NCBI GenBank assembly: GCA_027923505.1
Contig: BROI01000011.1
Span: 1-64,000 of the forward strand
Source: Mayamaea pseudoterrestris
Taxonomy: Eukaryota
Length of the DNA stretch: 64,000 bases
Reading direction: 5' to 3'
The notes under the pieces are model-generated. The model did not search any database and was not told where the DNA came from. It saw only the letters and a list, made by a program, of their open reading frames with translations. Below, in pieces: positions 8,758 through 21,100 of the stretch. The translations under genes and the position numbers were made by a program. Within the stretch, counting starts at the first letter, position 1, and every line of letters begins with the position of its first letter.

Positions 8758-11700
8758 TGCATTATTCTCACTGCCTCACTGCCTCGCTGGAAAAAGTTCC
8801 TCACGTGCCTCACTGGAATTCTCACTGCCTCACTGCAATCCTCACTGCCTCACTGTCTCACTGCCTCACTGCAATTCTCACTGCCTCACTGCAATTCTCA
8901 CTGCCTCACTGCAATCCTCACTGCCTCACTGCCTCACTGCTCACTGCCTCACTGCCTCACTGCAATTCTCACTGCCTCACTGCAATCCTCACTGCCTCAC
9001 TGCAATTCTCACTGCCTCACTGCAATTCTCACTGCCTCACTGCAATCCTCACTGCCTCACTGCAATTCTCACTGCCTCACTGCAATCCTCACTGCCTCAC
9101 TGCCTCACTGCAATTCTCACTGCCTCACTGCAATCCTCACTGCCTCACTGCCTCACTGCAATTCTCACTGCCTCACTGCAATTCTCACTGCCTCACTGCC
9201 TCACTGCCTCACTGCAATCCTCACTGCCCACGCCTCTCCTGCCTCACTGCAACTCCACTGCCTCACCTCACTGCAATCCTCACTGCCTCACTGCCTCACT
9301 GCCTCACTGCAATTCTCACTGCCTCACTGCAATCCTCACTGCCTCACTGCCACACTGCCTCACTGCAATTCTACCGCCCCTCACCTCTCATCCTGCCCAA
9401 CTCACTGCCTCACTGCAATTCTCACTGCAATTCTCACTGCCTCACTGCAATCCTCACTGCCTCACTGCCTCACTGCCTCACTGCAATTCTCACTGCCTCA
9501 CTGCAATCCTCACTGCCTCACTGCAATTCTCACTGCCTCACTGCAATTCTCACTGCCTCACTGCCTCACTGCAATTCTCACTGCCTCACTGCCTCACTGC
9601 AATTCTCACTGCCTCACTGCAATCCTCACTGCGCCTCACGCCTCACTGCATCTCTGCCCTCCTCACTGCCTCACTGCCTCACTGCCTCACTGCCTCACCC
9701 TACTGCAATTCTCACTGCCTCACTGCAATTCTCACTGCCTCACTGCCTCACTGCTTCTCACTGCCTCACTGCAATCCTCACGCCTCACTGCACCTCACTG
9801 CCTCACGCAATTCTCACTGCCTCACTGCCCACCTCACTGCTCTCACTGCCTCACTGCAATCCTCACCTCCCTCCCTCACTGCAATTCTCACTGCCTCACT
9901 GCAATTCTCACTGCCTCACTGCAATTCTCACTGCCTCACTGCAATCCTCACTGCCTCACTGCAATTCTCACTGCCTCACTGCAATCCTCACTGCCTCACT
10001 GCAATTCTCACTGCCTCACTGCAATTCTCACTGCCTCACTGCCTCACTGCAATTCTCACTGCCTCACTGCCTCACTGCCTCACTGCAATTCTCACTGCCT
10101 CACTGCAATCCTCACTGCCTCACTGCAATTCTCACTGCCTCACTGCAATTCTCACTGCCTCACTGCCTCACTGCAATTCTCACTGCCTCACTGCAATCCT
10201 CACTGCCTCACTGCAATTCTCACTGCCTCACTGCAATCCTCACTGCCTCACTGCCTCACTGCCTCACTGCCTCACTGCCTCACTGCAATTCTCACTGCCT
10301 CACTGCCTCACTGCAATTCTCACTGCCTCACTGCCTCACTGCAATCCTCACTGCCTCACTGCAATTCTCACTGCCTCACTGCCTCACTGCCTCACTGCCT
10401 CACTGCAATTCTCACTGCCTCACTGCAATCCTCCCTGCCTCACTGCCTCACTGCCTCACTGCAATTCTCACTGCCTCACTGCCTTTCTCACTGCCTCACT
10501 GCAATTCTCACTGCCTCACTGCAACCCTCCCTGCCTCACTGCCTCACTGCCTCACTGCCTCACTGCCTCACTGCAATCCTCACTGCCTCACTGCAATTCT
10601 CACTGCCTCACTGCAATCCTCACTGCCTCACTGCAATTCTCACTGCCTCACTGCAATCCTCACTGCCTCACTGCCTCACTGCAATTCTCACTGCCTCACT
10701 GCAATCCTCACTGCCTCACTGCAATTCTCACTGCCTCACTGCAATTCTCACTGCCTCACTGCCTCACTGCAATTCTCACTGCCTCACTGCAATTCTCACT
10801 GCCTCACTGCAATTCTCACTGCCTCACTGCCTCACTGCAATTCTCACTGCCTCACTGCAATTCTCACTGCCTCACTGCCTCACTGCCTCACTGCAATTCT
10901 CACTGCCTCACTCACTGCCTCACTCACTGCCTCACTCACTGCCTCACTGCAATCCTCACTGCCTCACTGCAATTCTCACTGCCTCACTGCCTCACTGCAA
11001 TTCTCACTGCCTCACTGCAATTCTCACTGCCTCACTGCCTCACTGCCTCACTGCAATTCTCACTGCCTCACTGCAATCCTCACTGCCTCACTGCAATTCT
11101 CACTGCCTCACTGCAATTCTCACTGCCTCACTGCCTCACTGCAATTCTCACTGCCTCACTGCAATCCTCACTGCCTCACTGCAATTCTCACTGCCTCACT
11201 GCCTCACTGCAATCCTCACTGCCTCACTGCAATTCTCACTGCCTCACTGCAATTCTCACTGCCTCACTGCCTCACTGCAATTCTCACTGCCTCACTGCAA
11301 TTCTCACTGCCTCACTGCCTCACTGCCTCACTGCAATTCTCACTGCCTCACTGCAATCCTCACTGCCTCACTGCAATTCTCACTGCCTCACTGCAATCCT
11401 CACTGCCTCACTGCCTCACTGCAATCCTCACTGCCTCACTGCCTCACTGCAATTCTCACTGCCTCACTGCCTCACTGCCTCACTGCCTCACTGCCTCACT
11501 GCAATTCTCACTGCCTCACTGCAATCCTCACTGCCTCACTGCAATTCTCACTGCCTCACTGCCTCACTGCAATTCTCACTGCCTCACTGCAATCCTCACT
11601 GCCTCACTGCAATTCTCACTGCCTCACTGCAATTCTCACTGCCTCACTGCCTCACTGCCTCACTGCAATTCTCACTGCCTCACTGCAATTCTCACTGCCT

Positions 11701-14700
11701 CACTGCAATTCTCACTGCCTCACTGCAATTCTCACTGCCTCACTGCAATTCTCACTGCCTCACTGCCTCACTGCAATTCTCACTGCCTCACTGCAATCCT
11801 CACTGCCTCACTGCCTCACTGCCTCACTGCAATTCTCACTGCCTCACTGCAATCCTCACTGCCTCACTGCAATTCTCACTGCCTCACTGCAATTCTCACT
11901 GCCTCACTGCCTCACTGCCTCACTGCCTCACTGCCTCACTGCCTCACTGCAATTCTCACTGCCTCACTGCAATCCTCACTGCCTCACTGCAATTCTCACT
12001 GCCTCACTGCAATTCTCACTGCCTCACTGCAATCCTCACTGCCTCACTGCCTCACTGCCTCACTGCAATTCTCACTGCCTCACTGCAATTCTCACTGCCT
12101 CACTGCCTCACTGCAATCCTCACTGCCTCACTGCCTCACTGCCTCACTGCAATTCTCACTGCCTCACTGCCTCACTGCCTCACTGCAATTCTCACTGCCT
12201 CACTGCAATCCTCACTGCCTCACTGCAATTCTCACTGCCTCACTGCAATCCTCACTGCCTCACTGCAATTCTCACTGCCTCACTGCAATTCTCACTGCCT
12301 CACTGCAATTCAAACTGCCTCACTGCAATTCTCACTGCCTCACTGCAATCCTCACTGCCTCACTGCCTCACTGCCTCACTGCAATTCTCACTGCCTCACT
12401 GCAATCCTCACTGCCTCACTGCAATTCTCACTGCCTCACTGCAATTCTCACTGCCTCACTGCAATTCTCACTGCCTCACTGCAATTCTCACTGCCTCACT
12501 GCCTCACTGCAATTCTCACTGCCTCACTGCCATCCTCACTGCCTCACTGCAATTCTCACTGCCTCACTGCAATTCTCACTGCCTCACTGCCTCACTGCAA
12601 TTCTCACTGCCTCACTGCAATCCTCACTGCCTCACTGCAATTCTCACTGCCTCACTGCAATTCTCACTGCCTCACTGCCTCACTGCAATCCTCACTGCCT
12701 CACTGCCTCACTGCAATTCTCACTGCCTCACTGCAATCCTCACTGCCTCACTGCAATTCTCACTGCCTCACTGCAATTCTCACTGCCTCACTGCCTCACT
12801 GCAATTCTCACTGCCTCACTGCAATCCTCACTGCCTCACTGCCTCACTGCAATTCTCACTGCCTCACTGCAATCCTCACTGCCTCACTGCCTCACTGCAA
12901 TTCTCACTGCCTCACTGCCTCACTGCAATTCTCACTGCCTCACTGCAATCCTCACTGCCTCACTGCCTCACTGCCTCACTGCAATTCTCACTGCCTCACT
13001 GCCTCACTGCAATTCTCACTGCCTCACTGCAATCCTCACTGCCTCACTGCAATCCTCACTGCCTCACTGCAATTCTCACTGCCTCACTGCAATTCTCACT
13101 GCCTCACTGCCTCACTGCCTCACTGCAATTCTCACTGCCTCACTGCAATCCTCACTGCCTCACTGCCTCCCTCCCTTCCTCACTGCCTCACTGCCACCCT
13201 CACTGCCTCACTGCAATTCTCACTGCCTCACTGCAATCCTCACTGCCTCACTGCAATTCTCACTGCCTCACTGCAATCCTCACTGCCTCACTGCAATCCT
13301 CACTGCCTCACTGCAATTCTCACTGCCTCACTGCAATTCTCACTGCCTCACTGCAATCCTCACTGCCTCACTGCAATTCTCACTGCCTCACTGCAATCCT
13401 CACTGCCTCACTGCAATCCTCACTGCCTCACTGCAATTCTCACTGCCTCACTGCAATTCTCACTGCCTCACTGCCTCACTGCAATTCTCACTGCCTCACT
13501 GCCTCACTGCCTCACTGCAATACTCACTGCCTCACTGCAATCCTCACTGCCTCACTGCCTCACTGCAATTCTCACTGCCTCACTGCAATCCTCACTGCCT
13601 CACTGCCTCACTGCAATTCTCACTGCCTCACTGCAATCCTCACTGCCTCACTGCAATTCTCACTGCCTCACTGCAATCCTCACTGCCTCACTGCAATTCT
13701 CACTGCCTCACTGCCTCACTGCAATTCTCACTGCCTCACTGCAATTCTCACTGCCTCACTGCAATCCTCACTGCCTCACTGCAATTCTCACTGCCTCACT
13801 GCAATTCTCACTGCCTCACTGCCTCACTGCAATTCTCACTGCCTCACTGCAATCCTCACTGCCTCACTGCCTCACTGCCTCACTGCCTCACTGCAATCCT
13901 CACTGCCTCACTGCCTCACTGCCTCACTGCAATTCTCACTGCCTCACTGCCATTCTCCCTGCCCCCACCTCCTTCACTGCCGTCACCAATCCCTGCCTCA
14001 CTGCCTCACTGCAAAACCCTCACTGCCTCACTGCAATTCTCACTGCCTCACTGCCTCACTGCAATTCTCACTGCCTCACTGCAATCCTCACTGCCTCACT
14101 GCCTCACTGCCTCACTGCAATTCTCACTGCCTCACTGCCATCCTCACTGCCTCACTGCCTCACTGCAATTCTCACTGCCTCACTGCAATCCTCACTGCCT
14201 CACTGCAATTCTCACTGCCTCACTGCAATTCTCACTGCCTCACTGCCTCACTGCCTCACTGCAATTCTCACTGCCTCACTGCAATCCTCACTGCCTCACT
14301 GCAATTCTCACTGCCTCACTGCAATCCTCACTGCCTCACTGCAATTCTCACTGCCTCACTGCAATTCTCACTGCCTCACTGCCTCACTGCAATTCTCACT
14401 GCCTCACTGCCTCACTGCAATTCTCACTGCCTCACTGCAATTCTCACTGCCTCACTGCAATCCTCACTGCCTCACTGCAATTCTCACTGCCTCACTGCAA
14501 TTCTCACTGCCTCACTGCCTCACTGCAATTCTCACTGCCTCACTGCAATTCTCACTGCCTCACTGCCTCACTGCAATTCTCACTGCCTCACTGCAATCCT
14601 CACTGCCTCACTGCCTCACTGCAATTCTCACTGCCTCACTGCAATCCTCACTGCCTCACTGCAATTCTCACTGCCTCACTGCAATTCTCACTGCCTCACT

Positions 14701-15183
14701 GCCTCACTGCAATCCTCACTGCCTCACTGCCTCACTGCCTCACTGCAATCCTCACTGCCTCACTGCAATTCTCACTGCCTCACTGCAATTCTCACTGCCT
14801 CACTGCCTCACTGCAATTCTCACTGCCTCACTGCAATCCTCACTGCCTCACTGCCTCACTGCCTCACTGCAATTCTCACTGCCTCACTGCAATCCTCACT
14901 GCCTCACTGCAATTCTCACTGCCTCACTGCAATTCTCACTGCCTCACTGCCTCACTGCAATTCTCACTGCCTCACTGCAATCCTCACTGCCTCACTGCAT
15001 CACTGCCTCACTGCAATCCTCACTGCCTCACTGCAATTCTCACTGCCTCACTGCAATTCTCACTGCCTCACTGCAATTCTCACTGCCTCACTGCAATCCT
15101 CACTGCCTCACTGCAATTCTCACTGCCTCACTGCAATCCTCACTGCCTCACTGCAATTCTCACTGCCTCACTGCAATTCTCAC
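8758..15183 (+). repeat. Satellite II block 1: irregular array of CTCACTGC / CTCACTGCAATT / CTCACTGCAATC
   Basis: About 6.4 kb built almost entirely from these three words. Confidence 0.98.
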
Positions 15184-17004
15184 GCCACGCTGGGCGACCT
15201 CGTCGCCGGCCAAGGGCACTGTGTGCGCATCGTGGAACACGATTTCGACGCCCTACCGAACGAGACGATCCCAACGACCGACGACATCGCGTGCGCCTGG
15301 TGGGACGACCACGACTGGACCGGCATGCTAGGCAACTGCGTACTCCAAGACCCGGGATTCGTGGATGACGGTTCGGTCGGCGACCCGCTTCCGGGACGCG
15401 TGGCGCGAGTGCGACGCACGTGCTACTTGCAGACGGCAGACGCGATGGATCACGACTACGAACCCGCCAAGGCCTACCGCACCGTGTTGCATCGCGCGCG
15501 AGCGCTTGACCAAGTTGACAATTATCGCGAACTACTCAACTTTCTCCTTGTCTGCACCACGTCGGAGCGAAACAATCGACCGGCGTCGCTCGCCTTGGCG
15601 CCGCCGCCAGTGCCAGTGCTGATGACGCAATCACTCGCCGAGCAGCGTGTCACCGTGCATCGCATGTACCTCCTGCTGCCGGCGCCGCCTCAAGCACCAA
15701 TCGACAGCATCCGACTGATGACGCTCCTCGCTCAAGAACGCAGCGCATCACGCAAAGACGACACGGACCCCGCGACGCAACTCACCAAGACGTTCGGCGT
15801 AGGCGGCATGAACTTGCTGGGGCGCCTGCTGGGAACGGACGACAGCGACGCGTGGCCGCCTATCTGGGCGGTCCTCGTGGGTAGCACCAGCGCCAACGCA
15901 TTGAACAACTTGGCCGACGCCTACCGCCAGTCGGGCGAACCAGGCTGCCGCCCCATCGCCACGCCAGCGCACTTGAGCCTCCTCAAGCACGTCGCGCTCG
16001 CGCCCGACAACATCAACGACTTGACGCAAGGCCTCCAGCCGTTTATCGTCGCCACGCTCGACACCAGCACAAACTCAGCATCGACTCGAACGGCCGAGAT
16101 CCAAGCCAACGTGGAAGACCACCAACTGGTTTTTGAAGGGGGCTCCGTGGACTTGCGCGACGCCATCTCGTTCCGCGAGGCGAATCGCAAAATCTTCGCC
16201 CCGAACACCCCGACTCAGTTCCGCTCGCAGATGGAAGCCTACCTCAAGGTACTCAAGCAGGTACTAGGGGCGACGCACACGCTCACGGTAACAGTCGACA
16301 CGTTCATGGTAATGTACCGAGAGAAGGAGCACGACTATGAAGGCTACCTCGGCCGCATTGAAAAAGGTCCAAGCAAGGCGATGCGTTGGATCCAGATCCG
16401 TGTCGGCCACTTCCTTCGCGACTTGGCGGATGGAGCGCGGGACACGACAGCGCCAGCGCTTCTCAGTCTCCTCCGCATGTGGAACTACCAAGACCGCAGC
16501 TGGAACGACTTCGAGCTGCCGGGCCTCGGTCCGCGCACGCCTGGGGCGCGGGGAGGCATCGTCGACGGCGGACCCTCGGATGACTCGACACTTTCGACAA
16601 GGGGAACGGGCACCCGCACGGGAGCGTCGCAAGGTGGCGGCGCGCCACGCAACAGCGGTGCCGCTCCGGGCTCAAGCGGCACGCAAGGCGGCGGCGGCGC
16701 AGGCGGCGGCGGCGCAGGCGGCGGCGGCGGCGGAGGCGGCACGCGCGAGGCCCTCCCGGCGGCCGACACACCTCCGGAACTCCTTGCCTTTCGCAACGCC
16801 CAGGAGCCGAATTTTTGCATTGGGAACATCACGGCCGGACGCGGCGCTTTCCCGGTACGCGACGACGGCACACCGATGTGTCTAACCTACCATGTACGAG
16901 GCAGTTGCACGACCGCGTGCGCACGCCGCGCCGACCATGGCCCCCACACGCCGACTGAGACGGCGCGCTTGGTGGCCTGGTGCCAGTCCGTGCCGTCCCC
17001 GTAG
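15184..17004 (+). CDS. Ngaro ORF1 (Gag-like), 5'-truncated, with Gly-rich linker and C-terminal CCCH-type finger
   Basis: Non-repetitive tail of ORF 8713-17004; CLTYHVRGSCTTACARRADH near the C-terminus. Confidence 0.75.
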   Translation, partial: ATLGDLVAGQGHCVRIVEHDFDALPNETIPTTDDIACAWWDDHDWTGMLGNCVLQDPGFVDDGSVGDPLPGRVARVRRTCYLQTADAMDHDYEPAKAYRTVLHRARALDQVDNYRELLNFLLVCTTSERNNRPASLALAPPPVPVLMTQSLAEQRVTVHRMYLLLPAPPQAPIDSIRLMTLLAQERSASRKDDTDPATQLTKTFGVGGMNLLGRLLGTDDSDAWPPIWAVLVGSTSANALNNLADAYRQSGEPGCRPIATPAHLSLLKHVALAPDNINDLTQGLQPFIVATLDTSTNSASTRTAEIQANVEDHQLVFEGGSVDLRDAISFREANRKIFAPNTPTQFRSQMEAYLKVLKQVLGATHTLTVTVDTFMVMYREKEHDYEGYLGRIEKGPSKAMRWIQIRVGHFLRDLADGARDTTAPALLSLLRMWNYQDRSWNDFELPGLGPRTPGARGGIVDGGPSDDSTLSTRGTGTRTGASQGGGAPRNSGAAPGSSGTQGGGGAGGGGAGGGGGGGGTREALPAADTPPELLAFRNAQEPNFCIGNITAGRGAFPVRDDGTPMCLTYHVRGSCTTACARRADHGPHTPTETARLVAWCQSVPSP

Positions 17005-17127
17005 GGGGTCAGCAGGCCGTCGCCTGGCGCGCGACAGTCACAGCCTGCAAGTCTTCGGGAGGGTCGTCAAGTGAGGCAGCGGATCGAAGAAGGCAGGAAA
17101 AGTCTAACTGAAAACCTAACTAGTCAC

Positions 17128-19788
17128 ATGTTTGTTCCAAACGCTAATCTAGGTAAGCCACCATTCGACGGAGCCGTTGGCAAACTGACCCAGCGCTCCA
17201 CCACCACGTTACGCAGACGCCGCGCTGCACCGACCCCGACATTCCGACCGACATAAGTGTCCATCCCCGAGTCTATCGAGGAGACGCTCGACCCCTCGAC
17301 ACCGACAAGCGAAGTAGCGACTCGCGCCCCACCGACATCCTTCGACGCATCACGCACGCCACCGCACACGCGCGGGGGTCCACGCGACGCACCTCCACGG
17401 CCATTGACACCCACGGCGCCTCGGCCGGCGCAACTCCTCGACGACCCACTCGGCGACCTAGTACGCGAAGCACACCACACGCTGCAGGCCTCCACGTCGT
17501 GGGAGGACTTTATCAATCGAGTACGCGACCCGCTGGACCTCGCCGACACGGTTGGCGACATTGACCATCCAGCGCGCCACCTCCTACGCCATCTTCGGGA
17601 CCGGGGCGCGCCCGTCCAACTGCAAACCGCGCCGTGGACGGCTGAACGACGACAAGCCGCGATTGACCGTGGCCCACATCAGTCCGCCAAGGACCATCAT
17701 GCTTTTCTACGCGAAGAGTTCGCCGACATGATACACAAGGGACATTGGATCGTGGTACCAGCGTGTTCCGTCGCCCACTTGCCCGACTTGCGACTCAGCC
17801 CCGTGGGCGCCGTGGAACAACGCGAGCGACGACCGCGCACGATCGTGGATTACAGCTTCTTCGGCGTAAACGACGAGTCCGTGCCGATCGCACCATTCGA
17901 GTCGATGCAATTCGGCCGGGCATTGCACCGAATCATGTACAACATCGCACGCGCCAATCCACGTTACGGAAACGTACGCCTCGCGAAAATCGACATCACC
18001 GACGGCTTTTACCGCATCGGGCTACGACCGGCCGACATACCAAAGTTGGGCGTCCTCTTTCCCACGAGTCCGGGCGAAGAACAACTGATCGCCTTTCCGC
18101 TCACGCTACCCATGGGGTGGGTACATTCGCCGCCATTCTTCACGTCGGCCACCGAGACGATCGCCGACATCGCCAACGCCACGCCACGCCACAACACCAC
18201 GCCGCACCGGCTGGAAAGCGAAGCCGACACGCCCCCAGCGCCGGGGCCCACCGCACCGTGCGACGACGAGGCTCCGGACACGATGCCGCTCCCGGCCACG
18301 TCGACAGCGACATACTTCCAACGACCGGTCGGCCACCATGTATGACGCGTGATTATTGACTGAGCAAGCGCGCCACGCCAGCGCCAGCTACGCCGCGATC
18401 TCTTCCACGCGCTCGACACGGTGTTCCGTCCACTGCTCCCAACTGACAATCCACATCGACAGGAACCCATCTCGGTAAAGAAGTTACGCAAAGGCGACGG
18501 CGCGTGGTCCACTCGGAAGACCATACTGGGGTGGGACATCGACACGGTCGCAGGCACCATCACGCTACCGCCGCATCGCCTCGCGCGTCTCCACGCGATA
18601 CTCGAGTCAATCCCTCCCACGCAGCACCGCGTGGGCCGCAAAACGTGGCATAAGGTATTGGGGGAGCTGCGCTCCATGTCGCTCGCCTTGCCTGGCGTAC
18701 GCGGACTCTTCAGTCTGCTACAAGAGGCTTTTCGCCACCCCCTCGAGCACTCAGGGAGACTTCGCCTGAAGCCCGCCGTGCACACTTTTCTCGCCGACTT
18801 TCGCGTCGTGGCACGTCGCCTCGCCGCGCGCCCTGCTCGCATTCTCGAAGTGGTCCCTCAGCCCACGGGCCTTCCCGGCACCACGGATGCAGCCGGCCGT
18901 GGCATGGGCGGCGCAGCGTTCTTCACCGACTCGCAGCGTCGGGTGCGCCCCGTCGTGTGGCGCCACCCTTTCACGCCACGCATCCAGTCCAAACTGGTGT
19001 CCAGCGACAACCCCCACGGTACCATCACCAACAGCGACTTGGAACTGGCCGGCAGCGTGGCGCACCACGACGTCATCGCCCAGCTCGCGGACGTGGCTGA
19101 GCGCACGATCCACAGCCTCCACGACAACGTCGCTGCCGTCAGCTGGCAACAACACAGCTCCACGACCACCGTCGGCCCAGCCACGTATCTCTTGCACCTC
19201 CAAAGTTGGCACCAGCGTCACTACCGCTATGTCCCACGACACGACTACATTCCGGGCCCTTGTAACGTCATGGCCGACGACGCGTCGCGCCTTTGGGAAT
19301 TGTCCGACGATGAGTTTCTCACGCACTTTAACACCACTTACCCACAGGATTCCCCATGGACACTCTGCCATCTGCGACCCGCCATGAGCTCCGCGATCAG
19401 CTCCGCCTTGTTGCGTACGGCGTCCGACACGGTGTCGTTTCTTCCACCGCCCGGTCCGCCGACACCGCCTGGCAGTGCTGGACCGCCTTCTGCACCCGCT
19501 ACGGATTGGCGCCCACACTGCCCCATTGTTCCGACCCAATCCAACCCCTACTGGTATTCGCGCAGCTCTATCGATCGGGCGACATCGCACCCCGCGGTCG
19601 ACCCGTCCGGGCTAGCACCGTGGATGACGCCCTACGTGCCGTCGGCCAGGCGTTTGCCCTCATGGGGACCCGCGACATCCGGTACGACGCCACGGGCAAA
19701 ACCGACATTCGCCTCCAACGCCTGCTCAAGTACTTTGGCCGCGCCGATCCACCGCCAAATCGCGTCAAGCCCCTCCCGATCCAAGTAG
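17128..19788 (+). pseudogene. Ngaro RT-RNase H ORF interrupted by in-frame stops (17254, 18343, 18361)
   Basis: KIDITDGFYRI and LPMGWVHSP RT motifs; RNase H TDAAG, DLELAG, HDN and NVMADDASR; the expected YxDD region is garbled at about 18335-18365. Confidence 0.85.
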
Positions 19789-20495
19789 TGCGCTCGTGTC
19801 TCCACGCTGCGCACGCACCGGCCGGCACGCCTCTACTCCAAGCCATCGCCGATATGACTACCATTGCCTATTTCTTTCTCCTCCGCCCCGGCGAATACAC
19901 TGGCGTCACAGTCGACTCCGAACCGTTTCGGTTCTGCGATGTCCAGCTGTTCCACGCTGGCGGTCGCTGGGATCTCGCCACTGCAACCTCGGCCGACATG
20001 GCACGCTCCACTGGTTGCAGCCTGACTTTCACTACCCAAAAGAATGGTACGCGCGGGGAGGTCGTCGCCCATGGCGTCACGGGCGACCCCCTCCTTTGCC
20101 CTACTCGCGCAATCATTCGCCGCCTCCTTCACCTCCGCGCACACGCGGCCGACACTACCACCCCGCTCGCCACCGTCTACCTTCCCGAACCCTACGCGCT
20201 ACGCTCCGGCGACATCACCACAGCCCTTCGCGACACCGTGGTGTTGCTCGGCCCCGCGCTGGGCATTCTTCCGACCGACATCAACGCCCGCTCGCTTCGC
20301 GCGGGCGGCGCCCAAGCTCTACTCTGCTCCAACGTGGACTCCGACCGCATCCGACTCATTGGTCGCTGGCACTCCGATGCCATGCTCCGCTACCTCCACG
20401 TTCAAGCCCTGCCCGCCATGCACCACTACGCCCAACTCATGGTCGCTGGCGGCCAATTTAATGTTATTCCCAACCATTTCGTTCCACTCATGTAA
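19356..20495 (+). CDS. Tyrosine recombinase (DIRS/Ngaro type)
   Basis: FFLLRPGEY (catalytic R), TTQKNG (K), ARSLRAGGA (HxxR-equivalent), GRWHSDAMLRY (W, Y). Confidence 0.93.
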   Translation: MDTLPSATRHELRDQLRLVAYGVRHGVVSSTARSADTAWQCWTAFCTRYGLAPTLPHCSDPIQPLLVFAQLYRSGDIAPRGRPVRASTVDDALRAVGQAFALMGTRDIRYDATGKTDIRLQRLLKYFGRADPPPNRVKPLPIQVVRSCLHAAHAPAGTPLLQAIADMTTIAYFFLLRPGEYTGVTVDSEPFRFCDVQLFHAGGRWDLATATSADMARSTGCSLTFTTQKNGTRGEVVAHGVTGDPLLCPTRAIIRRLLHLRAHAADTTTPLATVYLPEPYALRSGDITTALRDTVVLLGPALGILPTDINARSLRAGGAQALLCSNVDSDRIRLIGRWHSDAMLRYLHVQALPAMHHYAQLMVAGGQFNVIPNHFVPLM

Positions 20496-20600
20496 TTTCC
20501 TCGCGCGCCGTCTCGCGCCCCTCGCCCGCGCGCTTCGCTCCCACCCAGACTTGTCGTGGCCTGATTTCTCAGACTTCCTCCGAAATGGGAGGCTGTTGGA

Positions 20601-21100
20601 GCGACACTGGGCCTGGGGGGGGCTGGCAAGTAAACTGCCTGTTAACACCAACTCGTCTCTCCAACTAGCTAGCTGCCTAGATGGGCTGGATGACAGCAAG
20701 CCGGTATGTCGGCTAGGACAAAGGACTGGCCGTCATTCCGGTGCAGGGGGAAGAAAGCCGCACCGGACAATTGAACACCAAGAAGCACATGCACCTACTC
20801 GAGACTTTACCTGATACCGCCTTACTACGCTCCGCGCGGCGAAAGCCTCGCGACGTCGATTCTCGTCTCCTCATTCTGTTGCACGAAGTCAACTGCAGAC
20901 ATCCGAGTCAAGCAGTTCCAGTACTTCATTAGATAGTCTCATAAGCTTCACCCTCCTCACCCACCCTCGCGACACTGGGCCTGGGGGGGGCTGGCAAGTA
21001 AACTGCCTGTTAACACCAACTCGTCTCTCCAACTAGCTAGCTGCCTAGATGGGCTGGATGACAGCAAGCCGGTATGTCGGCTAGGACAAAGGACTGGCCG
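20601..21100 (+). repeat. Split direct repeats of copy 1: B1 20601-20732, A2 20733-20968, B2 20969-21100
   Basis: A 132-bp segment GCGACACTGG...GGACTGGCCG occurs twice, 236 bp apart. Confidence 0.9.

Larger units (their letters stand above)
15184..21100 (+). mobile_element. Tyrosine-recombinase retrotransposon (DIRS order, Ngaro-like), copy 1, 5'-truncated
   Basis: Gag-like ORF, RT/RNase H, overlapping YR ORF, 3' split direct repeats B1-A2-B2; no methyltransferase domain recognised. Confidence 0.92.

Noticed and set aside
8713..15368. Giant 2000-2700 aa ORFs (LTASLPHC repeats) in all three forward frames
   Set aside because: The satellite words contain no TAA/TAG/TGA on the + strand, so all frames are open by default. 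Only 15184-17004 looks like real coding sequence.
19356..20495. Phage integrase, prophage or bacterial contamination
   Set aside because: The recombinase is embedded in an RT/RNase H retroelement on a telomere-bearing eukaryotic contig.
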